From an uncultured bacterium (GTDB taxonomy: Bacteria > Acidobacteriota > HRBIN11 > JAKEFK01), in assembly GCA_963777505.1 (NCBI GenBank), contig CAVZQN010000004.1, forward strand, positions 1,120,001 through 1,184,000: a DNA stretch of 64,000 nucleotides, given 5' to 3'. Position numbers and translations under genes: made by a program. Shown here one piece after another: positions 9,633 to 19,937 of this stretch. Below the pieces are notes generated by a model. It was given only the letters and a program-made list of their open reading frames with translations. It was not told where the DNA came from and did no database searches. Within the stretch, counting starts at the first letter, position 1. Each line of letters begins with the position of its first letter.

Positions 9633-10775
9633 TTGAGTACACGGGTTGTAATACCGCAGGTAGGACAGAGTATTGCTGAAGCGACAATTGTAAAGTGGTT
9701 TAAGAAGGCAGGAGAGAGTATTGAGAAAGGGGAGACACTCGTAGAAATCGGCACCGATAAAATTAATACCGAAATTCCTGCGCCTGAATCCGGCATCGTT
9801 CAATCGATTCTTGTTCCGGAAGGTGAAACGGTTCCAATTCTGACAGAGATCGCTGTCATTTCCGATGGAAAAACAGAATCGGAGATGCCCGCATCAACTT
9901 CGATCCATGTAGTTGAGTCTGGAACTCCGCTCATTTCAGAAAAGTCATTGGGAGATCGACATCACTCTCCAATGGTACGAAGGCTCGCACAAGAACATAA
10001 TGTCGATCTTTCCAAAGTGAAAGGCACTGGCGCGGAGGGACGCATAACCAAGGAAGATGTGTTGCGCTTTGCATCGGAAAGCAAACAAACTTCGAGCGAT
10101 GATGAAGAACGTGTTCCGATGTCACGGATGCGCAAATTAATTGCGGAACACATGAGTTTAAGCCGGCGTACTGCCGCCGATGTCTCCACATTTTTTGAAA
10201 TTGATATGTCAGCCGTTGTCCGTGAACGTGAAAAAATCAAAAACTCAGGGACAAAACTGACGTATCTTCCTTTTGTTGTTAAGGCTGTCTCGCAAGGTCT
10301 TCAAGCTTTTCCTGCATTGAATTCCTCAATACAGGGAGATGAAATTGTTTACAAAAAGCATTCCAATATCGGAGTGGCAGTCGCTCTTGAGAACGGACTT
10401 GTTGTTCCAGTTTTAAAGCAGGTAGAAAAATTGAGTGTTCTTGATATCGCGAGAGGTCTTCAGGATCTTTCGGATCGTGCGCGAAACAACAGGCTTTCTG
10501 CTTCCGATGTTGAAGGCGGAACTTTTACGATCACCAATCCTGGAGTTTTTGGAGCCCTTCTTGGCACTCCAATCATCCATCAACCTCAAGTCGCAATTTT
10601 AGGCTTGGGTGCTGTTGTAAAGCGGGCGGTTGTAGTGAACGATCAGATTGTGATTCGCCCTATGTCTTATTTCAGTCTGTCTTACGATCATCGCGCACTG
10701 GATGGATCAACAGCTGACAGATTTCTTGCATTCATTAAGAACGTGCTTGAAAATGAGTGCCCGGCTGCTGACTGA
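9633..10775 (+). CDS. Dihydrolipoamide acyltransferase (E2, SucB/BkdB-like), probable TTG start
   Basis: Lipoyl motif EIGTDKI, E3-binding SPMVRRLA..GTGAEGRIT, catalytic DHRALDG; TTG at 9633 preceded by GAGGA. Confidence 0.92.
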   Translation: MSTRVVIPQVGQSIAEATIVKWFKKAGESIEKGETLVEIGTDKINTEIPAPESGIVQSILVPEGETVPILTEIAVISDGKTESEMPASTSIHVVESGTPLISEKSLGDRHHSPMVRRLAQEHNVDLSKVKGTGAEGRITKEDVLRFASESKQTSSDDEERVPMSRMRKLIAEHMSLSRRTAADVSTFFEIDMSAVVREREKIKNSGTKLTYLPFVVKAVSQGLQAFPALNSSIQGDEIVYKKHSNIGVAVALENGLVVPVLKQVEKLSVLDIARGLQDLSDRARNNRLSASDVEGGTFTITNPGVFGALLGTPIIHQPQVAILGLGAVVKRAVVVNDQIVIRPMSYFSLSYDHRALDGSTADRFLAFIKNVLENECPAAD

Positions 10776-10789
10776 AATGCGAAGGCCCT

Positions 10790-11453
10790 ATGTGCGAAGT
10801 GATTAAGCCAGGTTGTTTGCCGTATTCTGCATCAATAGTATTACAAGAATCGTACGTAAAATCTTTACAGAATGGCACAGGAAGCGAGGCATTTATCCTG
10901 CTTGAGCATCCTCATGTGATTACTCTTGGCCGCGGTTTTCATATCGAAAACCTATTGTTTTCCCCGGATCTGCTGCAAGCAAAAAGGCATATCCGTGGAA
11001 GAAACGGCTCGAGGCGGAGATGTGACGTATCATGGGCCCGGCCAGGTGGTTGGCTATCCAATCATAAACCTTGCCGACAAGCCTGATTTGCATTTATACC
11101 TGCGAAATTTGGAAGAGTTGATGATACGAACTGTGGCGGATTTTGGAATTCAAGCCGATCGTAAAGCCGGTATGACCGGAATCTGGGTTGGTGACGAAAA
11201 GATCGGTGCCATCGGCGTACGTGTCGTACGTTGGATTACCACGCATGGCTTTGCACTCAATGTGAATACAGATTTGAAGTATTTCGATTACATTATTCCT
11301 TGCGGAATTAAACAATTCGGAGTCACGTCTTTGCAGAAGCTTCTAGGTCACGAAGTACCAATGGAAGACGTACATCAGTGTTTGATCAGCCATTTTGGCG
11401 ACATTTTCAATCGTGAAATGAAAGAAGTAGAATTCATCGCAAAAAAATCATGA
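10790..11453 (+). CDS. lipB: Lipoyl(octanoyl) transferase (+1 frameshift in an A run at ~10983)
   Basis: LLEHPHVITLGR in the first frame; RGGDVTYHGPGQ, KIGAIG, HGFALN, IPCG in the second frame. Confidence 0.92.
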
Positions 11454-12401
11454 ATTTACAGGAAATAAAGAAGGCTCAACAAGAGATTCGCTCAGTGCTT
11501 CACCGTACACCTGTTTTTACCTCGCGCTATCTTTCGGATCAAAGCGGCAGCAATATTTTTTTGAAAGCCGAGATGTTTCAGAAAACGGGTTCCTTCAAGC
11601 CTCGCGGAACTTTTCATAAACTGCGCAAGCTAACTGCAGAAGAAAAATCAAAAGGAATTGTCAGCGTGTCTGCTGGAAATTACGCGCAGGCAATTGCTTA
11701 TGCTACTTCGATCGAAAAAATTCCCTGCACTGTTGTAATGCCAGAAACAGCGCCTGCAGCAAAACTGGACGCTACAAGAGGCTATGGAGCAACTGTTATT
11801 TTGCATGATGATCGAAAAACGCTATTCGATCGCACAGAACAGGTAAGAAAAGAGAAGAATGCCATTTTCTTGCATCCATTTGATGATCCTGATCTCATTG
11901 CGGGCCATGGCACATGTAGGTCTCGAAATTTATGAAGATGTTCCGGATGTTGAAGTTGTTGTTGTTGGAATTGGCGGCGGTGGTCTGATGGCCGGCGTGG
12001 CGATTGCACTCAAGTCACTCAATCCGCGCATCCGTATAATTGGGGTGGAACCGGAAGGTGCTGCCGGTATGAAGCGCGCACTTGAAGCAGGGAAACCTGT
12101 TCCACTTGAAAAGATTGACACGATTGCAGATGGGCTTGCTGCTCCTTATGCTGGAAAATTGCCGCTGGAAATCGCGCAAAAATATTTAGATGACCTTGTG
12201 ATTGTAAATGACGACGAAATCAGGGCAGCTTGTAGAGTCGTTTTGGAACGAACAAAGTTGCTTGCTGAGCCGGCTGGTGCCGCATCTGTTGCTGCGTTAT
12301 TAGCCGGGAAAATTCCAGCAGCAGCGAAAAAAGTTGTCTTGATTTTAAGCGGTGGTAATGTGGATCTCAAAAAGCTCTTAAACGCAGAGATGCAGAGCTA
12401 A
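11450..12401 (+). CDS. PLP-dependent threonine/serine dehydratase without regulatory domain (+1 frameshift at ~11915)
   Basis: [28 protein letters not shown] | GLEI, GGGGL, SGGN. Confidence 0.9.
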
Positions 12402-14119
12402 AAGAGTTGGAACAATTTGGGGAGGGCTTCTATCGCGTTGAATATATGGCCTGATGAAATGCTGATGCTGTATCCTTTGCGATCAGCGAGCGTAAAGTCA
12501 CTCGTTTCATCACGCAGCGGAAATGCCAAATCGACTCTGACTACTTTAGAGCTTTGTGATTTTTTCAAAGCGATGCGAAGTCCAACTCCTGCACTCACTC
12601 CAAAATCGCCCAGGGAGAGATGTTCTTCGCTGGACCAGACATAGCCCGCATCTAAAAATGCAGCCAGGCCAACTGCTACCACCCGAAAATCGATCGGTGT
12701 GAATATTCGATCTTCGATGTTAAACAACACTCTATTTTGTCCAGTAAATGATTTAAACGTATAACCGCGCAACCCTTCATTTTCTCCGAGTGAAATCTGG
12801 AAAGGCGCATCTATATCCCTTGTGAGAAGGGAAGACAGATTCACAGCGAGAGTTTGACGCGGAAAAGTTACGTTGCCCACGCTGAATTGTGACATTTTCA
12901 AATAATAGTGAGCATAGGCGTTAAAGAATATGTTGCTAGTAGCTCCATCTACGTGTTTTCTGCCACTGAATTCGCCAAACAAAGAAAAGTATTGCGATGG
13001 ACTGAATTGTGCGCTGTACTGGCTCATTGAGTACAGCTGATAATAATCTGTTGTCGGTGTATTCCGGTTGTTTGAACGGGTTAGCATCCCGCCAACCTGC
13101 AGCCCAACTGGCATATCTTCGATGATTCCGAATTTATCCAGATAAGTTTCTTTAATAAAATTCTGACGATCCCATTTAAACATCCCACCAAGTTGAAAAC
13201 TTTCGCGATCAACAGGCTGTAAGTTTTGTTTAATCGCTTTAACAGAAGCTGCTTCCGGAATGATTACTCGGGCCGGATTGGGATAAAGAATTGAATCGGC
13301 GTTGAATACAACTCCAAAGCGGCGTTTATTGTAACGTTCTCCCCAGGAACGTGCCGTAAAAAACAATCCTGTTCGATGATCTGTATCGATTTCGGCGACT
13401 TTTCGTCCGCCTCTTCTTGAATACAATTGCGTGGAATATGTTCCGGAGTCCCAGCTCATTCCATACGACCATTTTGTATCTTGCGAATAAAATGGCCTCG
13501 TGAAGTCGGTTATATAACGATAGCCATCAGATGCATTAGCAAAACCTGATTGCAATTTCCATCGTGTATTCCAGAATTGCGGATCATAGTACAAGACTTC
13601 ATAGGTGCTTCTTTCGCGATCCTTTTCGTATCCTAAGCGAACTGTTTTTCCCAATCCTAAGAAATTCCCTTCTTCAACTGAAAATTCATAAGTTGAATAA
13701 CCTGCGCTTGTACCTGCTGAGGCATTGATTTGAAGCGTCCATTGATCTTCTGTATGTACAAAAACATCCACTTTGTTTGCAGCTACTTTCTTCTGAGTAA
13801 TGAAAACATCTCCGAGAAAATCGAGGTCGCGTAAACTCCGTTCAGTTTCGTCAAGAAGATCTTCATCGACAAGATCTCCTTTATGAAAAAGCAATTCACG
13901 TTCTAAGAAAGAATCGTTAGTCCGGTTATGAAGTTTATTTAAGAAACGGAATACCCAGGAGCGATATTCGGGAATTTTAGGATCGAAGGCATCGAGGGAT
14001 TCAATATGAATTTCATTCACATAATTCTTATCTTGGGCATACCAACCGGAAATTTGCTCAGCCTGTGCTGCAGAAGGATCGAACGCTAAAAACATGAATA
14101 GTAACGGAAGTTCTCTCAT
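12398..14119 (-). CDS. Omp85/BamA-TamA family outer-membrane protein with a POTRA-like N-terminus
   Basis: Signal peptide; RELLF..GD..ETERSLR POTRA-like segment; NFLGLG; LRGY barrel motif; FLDAG, GVGLR. Confidence 0.85.
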   Translation of the reverse strand: MRELPLLFMFLAFDPSAAQAEQISGWYAQDKNYVNEIHIESLDAFDPKIPEYRSWVFRFLNKLHNRTNDSFLERELLFHKGDLVDEDLLDETERSLRDLDFLGDVFITQKKVAANKVDVFVHTEDQWTLQINASAGTSAGYSTYEFSVEEGNFLGLGKTVRLGYEKDRERSTYEVLYYDPQFWNTRWKLQSGFANASDGYRYITDFTRPFYSQDTKWSYGMSWDSGTYSTQLYSRRGGRKVAEIDTDHRTGLFFTARSWGERYNKRRFGVVFNADSILYPNPARVIIPEAASVKAIKQNLQPVDRESFQLGGMFKWDRQNFIKETYLDKFGIIEDMPVGLQVGGMLTRSNNRNTPTTDYYQLYSMSQYSAQFSPSQYFSLFGEFSGRKHVDGATSNIFFNAYAHYYLKMSQFSVGNVTFPRQTLAVNLSSLLTRDIDAPFQISLGENEGLRGYTFKSFTGQNRVLFNIEDRIFTPIDFRVVAVGLAAFLDAGYVWSSEEHLSLGDFGVSAGVGLRIALKKSQSSKVVRVDLAFPLRDETSDFTLADRKGYSISISSGHIFNAIEALPKLFQLF

Positions 14120-14121
14120 GA

Positions 14122-15853
14122 TCAGTTCGTAATCCGTGTATCTATTTCCCCGATCCTACGAGTCGCATCGCTAAACAAAGATTCCCAGCGGCTTCTGAGT
14201 AAATCGATTGCGCTAAGCTCGTCTTCCCGAGCCGGAGATTCTCTTTTGACAATCAGAATAAACAAATGCTTGAATGATTTTTGGGAATTAACACTATCCG
14301 GAACTCTCTTCCCATTTGAGGCAATAATGTCTTCGATCGTGATAGTGCGTGCAGAACCCTGGAAGTTTACGGTTGGTTCCGGTGATGACTCTGCAGAAAA
14401 AGGAAAGTCTGGAGAAAACCGTCGAGCGTCTTCTACAAGAAATGTTTGACTCACTTCTTCGGGTTTTAAAAATCCCATTAAATACAAGTCCAGTGTCGAA
14501 TAAGCCTGAAAAGGTTTCGAAGTTACAAAATTATTGGCGCCTCTTTTGAAGAGTTCATTGCCTTCCAGATATGATCCATCGGAATCCAGGAAAAAGCTCC
14601 AATGAGTCTTATCGCGACCAAGAATTCTGTCATCACGTCGGCCATCAATCAGAACCGAAATGTAACTTAACCATCGATGTCCAACTTCATGTGCGAGGAC
14701 TTGAAGCAGAGATGTATATGTATCGGGAATTTCCTCCGCTGGATTGGAAGGATACTGATGAATGTTGCCAAGAAATGTAATACTTTGAAGCTTTTCGGCA
14801 CTTCCATATCTTTTTTGATCCCGAAATACTGCACTGCCTGCTTCGGCAGGATTTCCAATTCCACTCACATCGTTTTGAACATTGATTGCAAAAGCTTGAG
14901 CTCCAGGAACCGGAGTTAAATCAAAATTGCTGGATAGAGTTACAAAATCAAAATCGTCTGGAATGCTGGAATAGACAGTGTTCATGAGGTGGGGAATGTC
15001 GACGCTATCATGATCCCTAAAATCCTCGAGGAATGAAGCCGCCGCACGTCCACGCATTGCGGACCTTGAAAAATCGACAAATCGAAGGCTGGATCTTCCA
15101 TAGCCTGGAACGATTCCAATCAGGGCTTGTGTCGCCGAGATTTCACGTGAATAGTTCAGGTGAATGCGGCCATCTCTGAACATAACGATTTGAAATGTGT
15201 TCTGCCCATAATCGAACTGATCGTGATTATAGAATTCAGGAACTTTGAGCCACGTAACGGTAACGTAGTCTGAAGTTTGCTGAACCGTAACTGTACCGGA
15301 TGCTTCTGGATCCAGATCCGCAAAAAATGATGCTATCCGTGGAGGACCTTGCAAGAGAGTGTCAACATTCGGAGGATCAAAATCGCCGCTATCAAAAGTA
15401 ATGTTGCCATTGGAATTAATGAAACATTGTCTGTAATTCTTGCCGCCAAAAGGAAACTCAAAATTATTGAACCTGAGTTCAACGGAATCATCATCTTCGA
15501 GTGACAATGACTCAGAGGCGTCAGTATGAAACCCGTATCGAGCATGAGAATAGCTGTAACGATTTCTGATTGACGGTTTGAATTCGATTGTAGTTCCGTA
15601 AAGATCGAAAGGATTTGGCAGGATCAGCAATTGAGAATCTGCTTCAACAACTACGATATCACCGCTTCTCGAGACGATCGTCTGAGACTTGCTTTGCCGA
15701 GAGAGACGTTTCGGAGCGGCATTCAAATATTGTTGAGCAGTCGCTGGAGAGACACAAACAGGCTTGTGCTTCATTTTCTTCTTTCCGGCAATTCCAATCT
15801 CCGGGTGAAGAAGCGAATGCTATTATTGCGAATACTATAAGTATGCGTTTCAT
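14122..15853 (-). CDS. Exported zinc metalloprotease with a nidogen/NIDO-like N-terminal region (+1 frameshift at ~15817)
   Basis: LAHEVGHRW (HEXXH); FPFGG..INSNGNITF..IASFFADLDP NIDO-like segment; removing one T joins MKRILIVFAIIA (ORF 15853) to SLLHPEIGIA-GKKKMKH and gives a signal peptide. Confidence 0.78.
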
Positions 15854-16368
15854 CCGATTCGCACCATTAATTTGCCGTCTTCAACCTTTAAATCCAGCGT
15901 GCTGGCGCGAAGCGACGGATCTTTCTCGCATTCACCCGTTTTGATATTGAACCGAAATCCGTGCCCCGGACAGCGAACCGTACCATTTTCCAACGTTCCG
16001 CCCGCCAACGCAACTCCGTGGTGCGGGCACAGATTCTTCATTGCATAATATTCCCCATCTACAGCAAAGACAACAATTTCCCGGTTTTGAAGGGGATACA
16101 CTTTATGTTGACCTTTTGGCACATCTTCTATTCCGCCAAGAACTTCGTAATGAACCTGATTTCTCGAATTCAGCCTGCATCGAAATTGAAATTCTTCGTT
16201 TTCTATCAGCTCTAATTCCGATCCGCATGTGATGCAGTCATAAATCATGCCGGCAGACGCACGCATATCAACATAAATCTGAGTCCCACAAGAAGGACAT
16301 TTAATGTCCTGCGACTTCAATACTCGCTTCGGTTCGTGCAACGTTAAGCACCCGATTTTGAGACACAC
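15850..16368 (-). CDS. Rieske [2Fe-2S] ferredoxin fused to an N-terminal zinc ribbon (start uncertain)
   Basis: CPSCG..CITCG ribbon followed by CPHHG..CPGHG Rieske motifs. Confidence 0.85.
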   Translation of the reverse strand: MCLKIGCLTLHEPKRVLKSQDIKCPSCGTQIYVDMRASAGMIYDCITCGSELELIENEEFQFRCRLNSRNQVHYEVLGGIEDVPKGQHKVYPLQNREIVVFAVDGEYYAMKNLCPHHGVALAGGTLENGTVRCPGHGFRFNIKTGECEKDPSLRASTLDLKVEDGKLMVRIG

Positions 16369-16438
16369 TATAGCTCATAATCCTTTAAAATTCAATCACT
16401 TCAATGCCATTTCGACTCCCTATGTTACAATGGCGGGC

Positions 16439-17338
16439 ATGAGTTTTTGGCGGTGGGCGATCCTGGTTTTGTCCGGTTTTGGACTGTATTCAATCGCAAA
16501 TTATTCCGCCGAAGTTGCAACTGTCAGAGATCGGAAACGTGTTTTTCAAGACAAACCCTTCTGGGTGATAGCGCATCGCGGCTTTTCGGGTGCCTATCCT
16601 GAAAATACAATGCTTTCGTTTGAGAAGGCAGCAGAACTACCCATTGACGCGCTCGAGCTGGATATACACTCGAGCCGGGATGGAAAACTGGTTGTGATTC
16701 ATGATGCTACGTTGAATCGCACGACAGATATGAGTGGAAATGTCTTTGATTACACCTGGGAAGAACTAAAACGAGCCGATGCAGGCTACCGTTTTGATCC
16801 CGATGGCAATCAAAGTTTTCCTTTCCGAGGTAAAGGTGTACAGATTCCTCTGTTTGAAGACGTATTGCAGCGTTTTTCAGACAAGAAATTTGTTATTGAA
16901 ATAAAACAAACGATGCCTGCCATCGAAGATATTTTGTTACGCGTTCTGCAGAAGCATAAAATGGAAGACAATGTCGTTGTAGCGTCCGGACACCACGAAC
17001 CCCTTGCAAGATTTCGCAGTATGAGCCCGGCAATCGCCACGAACCTTTCTTCAATTGAAGCGCGTGAGTTTTACCGTTTGTTCAGAATGAGAGTTTCTGG
17101 TTTTTATAAAACGACCGGTGATGCTTTGCAAATCCCCAATCGATATCGTGGCGACAAGGTTGTTACACCTGCCTTCGTAGAAGCTTCGCACCGGAAAGGT
17201 TTTATCATGCATATCTGGACAGTCAATGATCCCAGCGAAATGAAACAATTAATCGAAGATGGCGTGGATGGAATTATTACAGACTTTCCCGATCGTCTTT
17301 TGAATATTGTTAACACCGAAAACCGAGAGAATAAGTAA
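16439..17338 (+). CDS. Glycerophosphodiester phosphodiesterase, N-terminally anchored
   Basis: IAHRG..PENT, ELDIH, HDATL, EIK, WTVND, DGIITDFP; start at 16430 or 16439. Confidence 0.93.
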   Translation: MSFWRWAILVLSGFGLYSIANYSAEVATVRDRKRVFQDKPFWVIAHRGFSGAYPENTMLSFEKAAELPIDALELDIHSSRDGKLVVIHDATLNRTTDMSGNVFDYTWEELKRADAGYRFDPDGNQSFPFRGKGVQIPLFEDVLQRFSDKKFVIEIKQTMPAIEDILLRVLQKHKMEDNVVVASGHHEPLARFRSMSPAIATNLSSIEAREFYRLFRMRVSGFYKTTGDALQIPNRYRGDKVVTPAFVEASHRKGFIMHIWTVNDPSEMKQLIEDGVDGIITDFPDRLLNIVNTENRENK

Positions 17339-17385
17339 ATAAAATTCTCGGCCGTGTCTGCTTAAGAACAAAATGGAGTAAGCGT

Positions 17386-18012
17386 ATGGATATTGTTGCT
17401 AAAAAGCTTGAAGAATACATGTATCAAATTACCCCGGAAACACATCCCGTATTAAACGAGATGGAGAAATTGGCAGCCGAACGCAGCTTTCCTATTGTAG
17501 GCCCGCTTGTCGGCCGCATTCTTTATCAATTCGGAAATATTCTAAAAGCAAAAAGAATTCTGGAATTGGGCTCAGGCTATGGTTATTCTGCATTTTGGTG
17601 GGCCCTTTCAACACCGGCAGATACGCATATCTACTGCACGGAAGGGTCTGCAGAAAACATTCGACTTGGAATCGATTTTCTTGGCCGCGCCGGTCTTGCA
17701 AATAAAATCGAATACTTTCAGGGTGATGCGTTGGAATCGATCGACCGCATTCAGGGTACATTTGACATTATTTTTATGGACATAGATAAGCATCAATATC
17801 CTGATGGTTTTCGTAAAGCTTTTCCGCGATTGCGTGAGGGTGGATTGTTCATTACGGATAATGTACTTTGGTCAGGCCGAATTGTGGAAGGTGATAACTC
17901 ACCTGACACGAAAGGCGTTCTTGAACTTAATAAGCTGATGTATAACACTCCGAATGCGTTCACTACGATTCTGCCTGTGAGAGATGGTGTAGCTATAGTG
18001 CTTAAGACATAG
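17386..18012 (+). CDS. SAM-dependent O-methyltransferase (Methyltransf_3 / caffeoyl-CoA OMT-like)
   Basis: LELGSGYGYS, FDIIFMDIDK, DNVLWSG. Confidence 0.9.
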   Translation: MDIVAKKLEEYMYQITPETHPVLNEMEKLAAERSFPIVGPLVGRILYQFGNILKAKRILELGSGYGYSAFWWALSTPADTHIYCTEGSAENIRLGIDFLGRAGLANKIEYFQGDALESIDRIQGTFDIIFMDIDKHQYPDGFRKAFPRLREGGLFITDNVLWSGRIVEGDNSPDTKGVLELNKLMYNTPNAFTTILPVRDGVAIVLKT

Positions 18013-18063
18013 GGACCGCAGACGTCTCGTTTGCATTAGGGATCGCGGACCTCTGGTCCGCAC
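18012..18063 (+). repeat. REP-like doublet, family A
   Basis: gggaccgcagacgtctcgtttgca tta gggatcgcggacctctggtccgcac; each unit is a hairpin. Confidence 0.75.
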
Positions 18064-18079
18064 TAAAGAGCATTTCTTC

Positions 18080-18790
18080 CTACTTTTCCCGTAGTATCCA
18101 CCAACGTAAATAAACCGAGTCTTGTGGTGGCTTCGTTTTGTGAATGACAACTTTTTTGGCCTGGGAATCTGCCTCCATCCATTGATCTTCATCAAGAAAA
18201 ATCATTACGCGGTTGCTGGAAACCGCAAGATCACCAGGCAGAATTTTGCTCAGTGGATCAATTCTATAAGTGAAGTCATGTTTACTGATAACCAAATCCT
18301 TCGAAGAAACATCAGTCCACCAGAATCGCCATAAGCCAGGCCCTAGCATTTGCGGACTTATCTCACGAAAACCATATTGAAGCATCGCCTTCCAAAAAGC
18401 TGCTCTTGCCAGTCCTGCTTCATCAACTCCTTTCATGGTTTCTCCGCCACTTACATATTGCGCGCGCCCATAAGTTAGGAGTTGTTTCATGTAGAGATCA
18501 CGCATTTGTTGAGTATCGACTGTCCGCTCATAGATCAAGATCCAGATGAATGCGAAAGCGACTACGAGCGCCGCAGGAAATCGTAAAGAAGGAAAAATCA
18601 ACAAAACGCGGATGATATACAGCGCAAAAGATAACAAACCGCATAGAACTGTAACCGCTGTAACAATACGAACTGCGGGCGTAATGACTGAATTGTGAGA
18701 TAGTGCAACCGTGGCTATAAGAAAAAACAAGAACAGTATTCCAAGTAATCCCTGTGAAAATCGGAGGTTGAGAAGTTTTTTATTTATCAC
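18080..18790 (-). CDS. Membrane protein with a degenerate NlpC/P60-like C-terminal domain
   Basis: Three hydrophobic helices, then YVSGGETMKGVDEAGL and LPGDLAV..RVMIFL..QWMEA, matching the NlpC/P60 layout without the catalytic Cys/His. Confidence 0.6.
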   Translation of the reverse strand: MINKKLLNLRFSQGLLGILFLFFLIATVALSHNSVITPAVRIVTAVTVLCGLLSFALYIIRVLLIFPSLRFPAALVVAFAFIWILIYERTVDTQQMRDLYMKQLLTYGRAQYVSGGETMKGVDEAGLARAAFWKAMLQYGFREISPQMLGPGLWRFWWTDVSSKDLVISKHDFTYRIDPLSKILPGDLAVSSNRVMIFLDEDQWMEADSQAKKVVIHKTKPPQDSVYLRWWILREK

Positions 18791-18802
18791 GGAGACACAG
18801 AG

Positions 18803-19456
18803 TTAAACAGTGGATGAGGGGCATAAATCATTTAAAACGCAGTCTTCGCATTCGGGGCGAATCGCTTTACAAACATAACGCCCGTGATAAATAAGCATAT
18901 GTGAGAATTTGATCCAATCTTTTTTAGGAACAAGCTTTAGCAGATCTTGTTCTATTTTTTCCGGATCTGAATGTTTCGTGAGTCCCAGCCGTTGTGAGAG
19001 ACGTCTCACGTGAGTATCAACAACAATTCCACCTGCGATTCCAAATGCATTTCCTAAAACTACATTCGCTGTTTTTCTGGCAACACCAGGAAGAGTTAGC
19101 AGCTCATCCATTGTGTGTGGCACCTCTCCCTTAAAATCTTCAATTAACTTCTTGCTGGCACCACGGATACTTTTTGTTTTGTTTCTGAAAAATCCTGTGG
19201 TTCGAATTTCATCCTGCATCTGTTCTTCTGGAACTTTAAGATACTCAGCAGGGGTTCTGTATTTCTTGAACAATGTTTGCGTCACTTTGTTTACGCGTTC
19301 ATCTGTACATTGGGCAGATAGAATTGTCGCAATCAGAAGTTCGAATGCGTTTGTGTAATTGAGTGAGCATTTTGCATCCGGATAAGCTTTTTTTAGCCGT
19401 TGGATGATTTCACCAATTCTTTTAGAAGCTGCTATTTTTGATTCGCGAGTCGGCAT
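18803..19456 (-). CDS. nth: Endonuclease III
   Basis: ILSAQCTD, HhH LPGVARKTAN, VDTH, C-x6-C-x2-C-x5-C Fe-S motif. Confidence 0.97.
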   Translation of the reverse strand: MPTRESKIAASKRIGEIIQRLKKAYPDAKCSLNYTNAFELLIATILSAQCTDERVNKVTQTLFKKYRTPAEYLKVPEEQMQDEIRTTGFFRNKTKSIRGASKKLIEDFKGEVPHTMDELLTLPGVARKTANVVLGNAFGIAGGIVVDTHVRRLSQRLGLTKHSDPEKIEQDLLKLVPKKDWIKFSHMLIYHGRYVCKAIRPECEDCVLNDLCPSSTV

Positions 19457-19460
19457 GTTT

Positions 19461-19523
19461 CAAGATAAAAAATTAAAAATAAAAGATCAAAGATTAGGGC
19501 GAGCTTTATTTTTAATTTTTTAT
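19461..19523. repeat. AT-rich heptamer array / imperfect hairpin
   Basis: caagata aaaaatt aaaaata aaagatc aaagatt ... tttattt ttaattt tttat. Confidence 0.55.
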
Positions 19524-19930
19524 TTGTTTCGCTTCAGTGGTTTCCGTCCGGAGAATCCTTCAGAGTTGCCGTGATAGTAGTCGATCGATGTTTCGCCGTA
19601 GCGCCAGCAAAGTAGAACAGATTCGCCGTCAAGTGTTGCTGGAAAATCAACGAGTCCAATATCAAGATCTTTTGGATGTGCACCCAATTTCTCGATTGAT
19701 TCCAGGCCTTCGCTGATTATTTCAATCAAGAATTCAATTTCAGTTTGCTTGTTTACCAGCGCTGAGGGATCAACTTTAGTGGAGCCGGCTCGCGCTTCTT
19801 TTTGAAGTGCGATGAACTCTTCACCAAGTTCATATGCATTGCGCTTATGTTCCATAATGGAACTCATGATCGGTTCCAATTTTGGAATCATGGCTTCAGC
19901 TTCTTCCACTGTAAAAGTCTTGTCGATCAT
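19520..19930 (-). CDS. DUF2203 family protein
   Basis: FTVEEAEAMIP, KDLDIGLVDFP, LCWRYGE..H..GFSGRKPL. Confidence 0.88.
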   Translation of the reverse strand: MIDKTFTVEEAEAMIPKLEPIMSSIMEHKRNAYELGEEFIALQKEARAGSTKVDPSALVNKQTEIEFLIEIISEGLESIEKLGAHPKDLDIGLVDFPATLDGESVLLCWRYGETSIDYYHGNSEGFSGRKPLKRNK

Positions 19931-19937
19931 TTTTTTT

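Noticed and set aside
10975-10990. Programmed ribosomal frameshift in lipB (A run)
   Set aside because: No canonical slippery heptamer with a stimulatory structure; it follows the same +1 pattern as the other probable sequencing errors
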